From an uncultured bacterium (lineage in GTDB: Bacteria; Hydrogenedentota; Hydrogenedentia; Hydrogenedentales; Hydrogenedentaceae): DNA of 64,000 nucleotides. How positions within the stretch are numbered: the first letter of the stretch is position 1; each line of letters begins with the position of its first letter. The DNA lies in the NCBI GenBank assembly GCA_938014335.1, contig CALLRP010000006.1, forward strand, positions 14,226-78,225, in the 5' to 3' direction. Shown piece after piece: positions 57,584 to 64,000 of the stretch. The notes under the pieces are model-generated. The model had not been told where the DNA came from. It made no database searches and saw only the letters and a list, made by a program, of their open reading frames with translations. Made by a program: the position numbers and the translations under genes.

Positions 57584-59023
57584 ATGAAGAAAAAAAGATT
57601 ATTTTTAGTTAATCTGGGTTTGAGAAGACCACTATATCCATTAGCCACTCCTCCGATGGGGCTTTTGTATCTTTCGGCGTATCTACGCCGTGAATTGAAA
57701 GACATTGAAATAGGTATAATAAACCAGAGGTTGGAAAATTGTAATATTGAAGAATTATGTGAAAGAATCAAGACTTTTGAACCCGACATTATTGGTATAT
57801 CTACTTTTACCACTTTTGCTTATTTACTTCCTTTGTTAGTCCCAATGCTTCGAAGTGCTTGTCCCAAAGCATGGATTATTGTTGGAGGACCCCATGCTTC
57901 AGCTGTGCGTAAAGGTGTATTTGATGATGTAGATATAGATATTTTAGTGCCAGGTGAGGGCGAAATTGCTTTAAAACAAATAATAGAAAGTTTTCCAGAA
58001 AGGGAATCGTTACAAAATATAAACGGGATTTACTGGAAAGATAAATCAGGAGAGGTAATTCAGAACCCAGGATTATTGCCTATGATTGAGAATTTAGATG
58101 AATTGCCTTTTCCCGCTTATGATTTAATTGATTTGCCCCGTTATTGGAAACATCAGTCTATTGCCCCTATAGTAAGAAGGAAATATGCCTCACTTGTAAG
58201 TAGTCGGGGGTGTCCTTATCAATGTATGTGGTGTCATTCTATTTTTGGAAGACGAATCCGAATGCATTCTGCTGAACGAGTTGTAGATGAAATCGAATAT
58301 TTGGGAAAAGAATACAATATCACCGATTTTGAGTTTTTAGATGATAACTTTAATTTTAACTCGAAGCGAGTAATAGAGATTGCAGAACTTATTCATAAAC
58401 GAGGCTTAAAAACAGAAATTGCTTTTCCCACCGCAATTCGAGGAGATTTAGCAACTCAGGAAGTTATAGATGCGATGCATTCTATAGGTACATATCTTTG
58501 TGGCTACTCATTAGAGACAGGGTCTCCTCGGCTACAAAAATTTACCTGTAAAAGACTGGATATTCCCAAATTTTTAAATGCGGTAGAAATGACAGCCAAA
58601 AAGAACATCTACATTACAGGTTTCTGTATGATGGGATTTCCTACTGAGACCGAAGAAGAACTACAACAAACTATAGATGTAGCATGTAAATCTCGTTTTC
58701 ATACCGCTAGTTTCTTTACAGTAACCCCATTCCCCGGAACCCCTCTCTTTGAATGGGTAAAAGAAAATCGTCCTGAAAAATTATCACAATTGAATTATAA
58801 CAACATGGATTTCTCAGCAATGAATGTAAATTTAACAGACTTGCCTGACGAAGTCCTTTTTGCCTATCAGCGTAAAGCTATGAAAAAGTTTTATACCGAC
58901 CCCATTCGTATTTATCGACTATTGAGAAGTTATCCCAAACCCCTGCTATTGCCCTATTATCTCCCCATCTTTATCCATCGAGCCACCAAAGGACTATGGA
59001 AATCTCAAACAATTAATTGTTAA
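57584..59023 (+). CDS. B12-binding-domain radical SAM protein (class-B-like).
   Basis: The N-terminal B12-binding fold is ...DIIGISTF...AWIIVGGPHAS. The radical-SAM motif is SSRGCPYQCMWC. It is 479 aa, and its stop overlaps the start of the downstream GT-C gene. Confidence 0.85.
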   Translation: MKKKRLFLVNLGLRRPLYPLATPPMGLLYLSAYLRRELKDIEIGIINQRLENCNIEELCERIKTFEPDIIGISTFTTFAYLLPLLVPMLRSACPKAWIIVGGPHASAVRKGVFDDVDIDILVPGEGEIALKQIIESFPERESLQNINGIYWKDKSGEVIQNPGLLPMIENLDELPFPAYDLIDLPRYWKHQSIAPIVRRKYASLVSSRGCPYQCMWCHSIFGRRIRMHSAERVVDEIEYLGKEYNITDFEFLDDNFNFNSKRVIEIAELIHKRGLKTEIAFPTAIRGDLATQEVIDAMHSIGTYLCGYSLETGSPRLQKFTCKRLDIPKFLNAVEMTAKKNIYITGFCMMGFPTETEEELQQTIDVACKSRFHTASFFTVTPFPGTPLFEWVKENRPEKLSQLNYNNMDFSAMNVNLTDLPDEVLFAYQRKAMKKFYTDPIRIYRLLRSYPKPLLLPYYLPIFIHRATKGLWKSQTINC

Positions 59024-61272
59024 ACTGTGAATGGTATCCTTATAAGATTATAATTCTTAAACAGGGCTTTTTGGTGGGAAACAATAAAGAAAAAAAATAT
59101 AATATTCAAGTCTTATTGAGTTGTTTCCTTATCATTTTATTAGCTTTCATCATCCGAATTTACAAAATTTCCGATGAATCGATATGGTGGGATGAGTATT
59201 CCAGTCTGGCTCACATAAATGCAGACTCTTTATCAGAGTTCCTTTTTTTAAATCCTCTTTATGACCCCGCCACCATGCCAGCCTATTATATTATAGAATA
59301 CCTTTTCTGGCACTATATATCTCCTTCTGTTTTAGGTTTGCGGTTCTTTTCTGTCTTATTGAGTATAATGACCATCCCTATTTTATTTCTCATCGGTAGA
59401 AAATTAGGTTCCTATAAAATAGGATTAATAGCGGGTCTATTTTTCGCTCTCTCACCGATACATCGTTTTTTTGGACAGGGGATACGAATGTATGTTTTAT
59501 TAACTTTACTTTTTACTTTGTCAGTATATTATTTACTTTCATATCTCGAAGAGAACAAAAAGAAAAACGGGATTATTCTGACTATAGTAAACTTTATCCT
59601 TTTGTGGACTCATCCCTTTGCAATTCTGATTATTGGTATAGAAATGTTTTGTTTTCTCATTGCTCATAAAGTAAGAGGATATAAAAAATATATCTTGTTT
59701 TTTTCTCAAACAATTATAAGTATCCCTCCTTTATTTTATATGTTGAATATAAAATATTATTCAACAGAGAAATCTTTCTGGTTCAAAATACCAAGTCTAT
59801 ATGAGTTTATTGGGGATTTATTTGCTGATGATGCGGTAGGTTTGACATATCAGGTACGAATTATTAATGAAATTATCCCTGATTATTTGAGAACAATACA
59901 TCCTTTTATGGACTTATCTTTATTAGTCATAAATGTTGGAATAATTCTATTTAGTTTAGGGTATGTTTTGAAAAACCTAAAAGATGAAAACGAATTAAAG
60001 GGCAAAATCACTTTTCTTATTTTGATGTTTTTAATCCCACCTATGTTTTTATATGTCATTTCAATTCTATGGAGGCCTTGTATATTCCCAAGATACACAC
60101 TTTATAGTAGTCTCGCTATATATTTGCTTTATGGATGTTTTATACATATAATAAATAATAAATATCTAAAAAAATCAATATTATTTTTGTTAATAGCTAT
60201 TTTTGGTTATCAGTTATTTATTACAATTCCGTTACCTCAACGTACAAATTGGCAAGAAACTTCTCGTTTTATTGAACAATCCTTTCCACCAGAGGGAGAG
60301 AAATCCCCCGTGTTTGTATATCAAGCCATTAATAAAGATGTTTTTTCTTTTAATTTAAAAGATAAAACAATCCCTGTTTCCTTTGTAGAAAAAGTTGATA
60401 CTCTTATCCCTATTTTTCAAGAACTGTTTCAAAAGGATACCAATTGTTTTTGTTCTGAAGTATGGTTTGTGCATGTTTCTTTCTATTTTGCTGAATACGG
60501 CTCTCCGGAGTTAGAACGATTGTTGGACGAGAATAAAATGGCTTATAAATATTACGACTTCTACGGAATAGAACCTATTCGATTATACAGAATTACACCT
60601 ATGGAAGGTGTTGCATATCCTAATTTGAATCTGAAAGCCTTATCTGATGAGATGTTGAAATTTACAATTTCGGATTTAGCCCTTTCTTATGTTGAGACTG
60701 GGTATAAAGAATGTGCGATATATTTACTTGAAAAATTAATGAATGACCCTCTCCAAAGATTACAGTATAAAAATTTATATAATGCACAAAAAAATGATAA
60801 GAATGTCTACAATCTTGCAAATGCCTTACGGTATTACCAGATAAGCCAGAGAAGTATAGACCCAAAGTATAAGGAATACTTCTTAAATAAGGCTATTGAA
60901 CGGGATGCAGATTTGAAACTGGCTTATTTATGTTTTGACGCGATTATGACTTCAATAGAAGGAGATATCAATACCACTCATGAAAAACTTTACCGTATTA
61001 TTGACATGGCTCCTGACCTTGCTCTTCCAAGAATTGCTCTGGGAGTGATTGCCTTATCGCAGAACAGGGAAGAAGATGCCAAAAAATGGCTTTATTCCGC
61101 TATAGAGTGTGAAAAGGGACATTACAAAAGTTGGGAAAATCTATTAAATTTCATTTTTATAGAGAAAAATTACTCCAAGGCATTGGAAGAATATCATGCC
61201 CTTCAAGATAAAGGTATATTTGTAGAAACTTATTTTGAAGAATACTTAACCGAAAAGATACAAAATAAATAA
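59017..61272 (+). CDS. GT-C glycosyltransferase (PMT/ArnT, GT39/83-like) with a C-terminal TPR-like helical domain (751 aa).
   Basis: TM1 is followed by the ...ISDESIWWDEYSS acidic DE motif typical of ArnT/PMT first-loop catalytic residues. It has about 11 TM helices and then helical-repeat sequence. Confidence 0.8.
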   Translation: MLNCEWYPYKIIILKQGFLVGNNKEKKYNIQVLLSCFLIILLAFIIRIYKISDESIWWDEYSSLAHINADSLSEFLFLNPLYDPATMPAYYIIEYLFWHYISPSVLGLRFFSVLLSIMTIPILFLIGRKLGSYKIGLIAGLFFALSPIHRFFGQGIRMYVLLTLLFTLSVYYLLSYLEENKKKNGIILTIVNFILLWTHPFAILIIGIEMFCFLIAHKVRGYKKYILFFSQTIISIPPLFYMLNIKYYSTEKSFWFKIPSLYEFIGDLFADDAVGLTYQVRIINEIIPDYLRTIHPFMDLSLLVINVGIILFSLGYVLKNLKDENELKGKITFLILMFLIPPMFLYVISILWRPCIFPRYTLYSSLAIYLLYGCFIHIINNKYLKKSILFLLIAIFGYQLFITIPLPQRTNWQETSRFIEQSFPPEGEKSPVFVYQAINKDVFSFNLKDKTIPVSFVEKVDTLIPIFQELFQKDTNCFCSEVWFVHVSFYFAEYGSPELERLLDENKMAYKYYDFYGIEPIRLYRITPMEGVAYPNLNLKALSDEMLKFTISDLALSYVETGYKECAIYLLEKLMNDPLQRLQYKNLYNAQKNDKNVYNLANALRYYQISQRSIDPKYKEYFLNKAIERDADLKLAYLCFDAIMTSIEGDINTTHEKLYRIIDMAPDLALPRIALGVIALSQNREEDAKKWLYSAIECEKGHYKSWENLLNFIFIEKNYSKALEEYHALQDKGIFVETYFEEYLTEKIQNK

Positions 61273-61277
61273 TTCAA

Positions 61278-62384
61278 TCATTTAGTTTGCCAACCTAAAT
61301 ATTTATCCAAAAAACGATAGGCTTCTTCTCGTATTTCAGGAGGGAAATCGTGCCCGCAGTCAGGATGGACTACTTTTAAATTTTCTTCAGTTTTATAAAG
61401 TGCATAGACCTTCTTTGCGGATTGCACACAATCATCCACACCTGTTACCTCAAAATTATCATCATGTAGGGGAGCATTAATAAAAACCGGACGAGGTGCG
61501 AGAGTTCCCAGAATTTCAGTAAAATCAAAAGGGAGTAAATCGGGATTGCATTTATATATTTCTTTTATCCTCGGCATGTATCCCTTATGAGACCAGCCGT
61601 TTAGGTCACCGTTATAGTACTTTTTCATACTCGTGAATCCACAACTGGTTACCATAACTTTAATTCGTTCATCGAAAGCCCCTAAAAAGAGTGCGTTATG
61701 TCCCCCCAAGGAATGACCAATTGCTCCAATTTTTGTTGAGTCGACTTCATCCAGGGTTTCAAGGAGGTCAATACAACGTCGGTGATTTCCAATACCCTTG
61801 GCTGTGGCACTTGCATATCCCATAGCATAAACATCAATTTTATAATCACCAAACCCTGGGTAATCCGGAACAATAACAATATATCCCCTTTCCGCCAGTT
61901 CCTTAGCAATATGTCGGTTTTTTGCATCGCCGATGCCCACAGGGCTGGCTTTGCCTATGTCGATAGTTTGGTGTAAGCAAACAATTGCAGGCCTTTTCTC
62001 TTTAATATCTTTGGGTATCAAAAGGTAGGCAGGTAATCGGTCGTTTTGCTCTGCAACAAACGATAATTTTTTCCGCCAGTAGGTGCCCATATCTTCTATG
62101 GATTCCACTTTTGTGTCCAGTGCAGGTAATTGAGAGCGGTTAGGTAAAGGTCCCATAACGAGAAGCATGTTTTGCAATATGTGATTTTTTCGAATACTCC
62201 ATTCGCTTATATTTGTTATTTCACGAATCTCCTCATTGCTACCCAGATAGTAGAGTAAATTAAATTTATCCTTATAAAAAGGTGGTTCCCCTGATACAAC
62301 TATCGGACATAAACCCCAGAAAAGCGTTAGTACAGAAAGCATTCGCAACATACAATTACCCTTTTTAGTTAAACTGTATTGCAT
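61278..62384 (-). CDS. Secreted alpha/beta-hydrolase (esterase/dienelactone-hydrolase-like).
   Basis: It has a signal peptide. The nucleophile elbow is GAIGHSLGGHNA, and a downstream ...HPDCGHDFP His motif is present. Confidence 0.75.
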   Translation of the reverse strand: MQYSLTKKGNCMLRMLSVLTLFWGLCPIVVSGEPPFYKDKFNLLYYLGSNEEIREITNISEWSIRKNHILQNMLLVMGPLPNRSQLPALDTKVESIEDMGTYWRKKLSFVAEQNDRLPAYLLIPKDIKEKRPAIVCLHQTIDIGKASPVGIGDAKNRHIAKELAERGYIVIVPDYPGFGDYKIDVYAMGYASATAKGIGNHRRCIDLLETLDEVDSTKIGAIGHSLGGHNALFLGAFDERIKVMVTSCGFTSMKKYYNGDLNGWSHKGYMPRIKEIYKCNPDLLPFDFTEILGTLAPRPVFINAPLHDDNFEVTGVDDCVQSAKKVYALYKTEENLKVVHPDCGHDFPPEIREEAYRFLDKYLGWQTK

Positions 62385-63840
62385 AAAGGTCAGCGTCTTT
62401 CATTTGAATGGATAGGCGTATTGGAATCCCTTGAAGTTGTGATAAATTATCGATACCTTTCCATGATGCTTTGAAATGAATTCGATTTCCTTTTAATAAA
62501 GTAAAATTCTTAAATTCATATCCCGGCAAAGGATTTCCGTCTTTATCTTGAATTTCGATGAGAATGTATCCGGTAGCCGATGTGGCAAAATTCAGGAACA
62601 GGTTATTACCGGTAAAAGTAATAGGAATCGTTGTCAATGAACCTTCATCATATCCAGCCGAAATACAGGAAAATCCGTCAATTCGAAGCAGGTACCGCTG
62701 AATATGAGCTGTATCTTGTGCGTAGTTTTTATGAACATAAAAAGCCATTTGATATTCATTAATAGGAACAATTCCACGGGCGGGATAATTTGTACGAGAG
62801 ACCCAGTTTTCGGGAGGATATTCCGGTTTAAGAAAAGCGTTCAAGAAAAATCGATTATATATGTTATTCGCTCGACTGCTCATAAATATGATATCTGAAC
62901 AATCATGACTATAATTTAGCTCGACCCCGATGGATTTGATTTCCTCATCCGATAAAACCTTGCATCCGGGCACAAAACGAGCACATATAGAGATATAAAT
63001 ATGAGGAGCATTGAAATAAGGAATGGTTTGATTTGTATAAATGTGTTCCCAGGGGGCGTTTCCTTTATCCATAACAACAGGTTTTTCCCAGTTAAAGAAA
63101 TCATTGCTCGTGGTTCGGCTTACCCAACGATATTCTCTATTAGGACCATTCCATGTTCGAAAGTACAGGACATATTTTTGCTCATAAGTAGACCAGAAAG
63201 CAGCATTGAGAGAGTCAAAAGCAAAATCCTCCCAGGACTCCCCTTTAAGAATAGGTTTATCTGAAAGTCTGCGCCAGTGAATACCATCGGGCGAAGCAAA
63301 TGGAAACAAACCACTATCAAATGTGCCTGCCACCGCTTTGTATCGTTCCTCGGGGGACACATCCGGTTTCTCATCTAAAAAAGGGGCAAAATTATGCGAA
63401 AATGGGGGGGCATTTGCAAGGATGATATTATTATCACGAGCCCCATTAACTTCAAAAAGCCCCAAGGAAGGTTTTACGAAATGAATGCCATCCTTACTCT
63501 CGGCGTAGCAGGTGGATTCTGAGGTTGAACCATCCGCTTTTGAAACGGGTAACCCCCTATAATAAAGTCGGTACATGTCCTTATCATGAATCAAAGTTAT
63601 ATACCCACTAAATTTTCCTTCCCAGGGTTTGTCAAAATATAAAACTTTTTCTGCAGGAATGGGTTCACATAGCCTGAATGTCAGGTTTTCCATATGACTT
63701 ATTAATTTATTATCAACAAAAATTTCCTTTCGATTTGCTAAGTGATAGAATTCCTCGCCCTCGATAGATTGAGAAATAAAAAGAGAAAAGAGGATACATA
63801 TTAGGATTAAGATACGGCTATTATGTTGGTTCATAGACAC
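62365..63840 (-). CDS. Secreted hypothetical protein, possibly a beta-propeller glycoside-hydrolase-like fold (491 aa).
   Basis: It has a signal peptide (MSMNQHNSRILILICILFSLFISQS). Repeated ...SKDGIHF / SPDGIHW... segments suggest a propeller fold. The family is not recognised. Confidence 0.4.
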   Translation of the reverse strand: MSMNQHNSRILILICILFSLFISQSIEGEEFYHLANRKEIFVDNKLISHMENLTFRLCEPIPAEKVLYFDKPWEGKFSGYITLIHDKDMYRLYYRGLPVSKADGSTSESTCYAESKDGIHFVKPSLGLFEVNGARDNNIILANAPPFSHNFAPFLDEKPDVSPEERYKAVAGTFDSGLFPFASPDGIHWRRLSDKPILKGESWEDFAFDSLNAAFWSTYEQKYVLYFRTWNGPNREYRWVSRTTSNDFFNWEKPVVMDKGNAPWEHIYTNQTIPYFNAPHIYISICARFVPGCKVLSDEEIKSIGVELNYSHDCSDIIFMSSRANNIYNRFFLNAFLKPEYPPENWVSRTNYPARGIVPINEYQMAFYVHKNYAQDTAHIQRYLLRIDGFSCISAGYDEGSLTTIPITFTGNNLFLNFATSATGYILIEIQDKDGNPLPGYEFKNFTLLKGNRIHFKASWKGIDNLSQLQGIPIRLSIQMKDADLYAIQFN

Positions 63841-64000
63841 ATCTCCTTAATTTGTAGCATTTAGATTTTTATAATTTGTCCATTTTCTTAAGCTTAGTTT
63901 AAACCAATAATTAAATGCCCTTATTTGATTTTTCAAATGATGAGGACGGCGTATCGTTCTCACGATCGTTCTTGCAAAATAACGAGGTCTAAGATAATAT

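Noticed and set aside
1-64000. Mobile elements, CRISPR arrays, rRNA and tRNA genes.
   Set aside because: I scanned the intergenic regions and found none of the following: transposase or integrase motifs, repeat-spacer arrays, rRNA-like conserved blocks or tRNA cloverleaf candidates.

Overview
This is a low-GC (roughly 36-38% by eye), gene-dense stretch of chromosome from a diderm bacterium that I cannot place taxonomically. The gene content (Tat-exported Gfo/Idh/MocA oxidoreductase, HEAT and TPR giants, AmmeMemoRadiSam, PilC, ExbBD/TonB, RND/TolC) suggests an uncultured or candidate-phylum lineage. All domain calls come from reading motifs in the supplied translations, because I could not run any HMM or BLAST searches.

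Content, left to right:
- A partial pilC/gspF 3' end, followed by a secreted hypothetical protein.
- A tandem radical-SAM pair: a 710-aa B12-binding enzyme and a 262-aa activase-like enzyme.
- aspS, then an argC-argJ-argB operon.
- An exbB-exbD-tonB-like operon ending in a zinc-ribbon membrane gene.
- A PP2C phosphatase, a GtrB/ArnC-like GT2 and a TauE exporter on the minus strand.
- An AMP-forming acyl-CoA ligase.
- A tiny unannotated Ala/Lys-rich histone-H1-like gene with its own promoter, 5' hairpin and terminator.
- EEP nuclease, HAD hydrolase, a class-I GATase and an ADP-forming acetyl-CoA synthetase.
- A minus-strand AmmeMemoRadiSam operon (radical SAM + fused MEMO1-AMMECR1) joined to a 1187-aa membrane protein that fuses a spermidine-synthase-like domain to a NosR-like FMN-binding/polyferredoxin module.
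- A MarR-MFP-RND-(hexapeptide acyltransferase)-TolC efflux operon.
- A Tat-signal Gfo/Idh/MocA oxidoreductase, a HEAT-repeat exported protein and an FHA-GAF-nucleotidyl cyclase.
- A second TonB/ExbB module that has no ExbD and is followed by a 50-aa DUF5989-like peptide hidden in an alternate frame.
- My best candidate for a novel system: a ~15 kb glycan-tailoring and glycosylation island at 46.2-61.3 kb. It holds two GT-C (PMT/ArnT/TMTC-like) membrane glycosyltransferases with TPR arrays flanking a DegT aminotransferase, a flippase-like membrane protein, a radical SAM/SPASM enzyme, a NodU-type carbamoyltransferase, a HisH/HisF/WbuX acetamidino-sugar amidotransferase trio and a B12-radical SAM enzyme.

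I recognised no rRNA, tRNA, CRISPR array, transposase or integrase.
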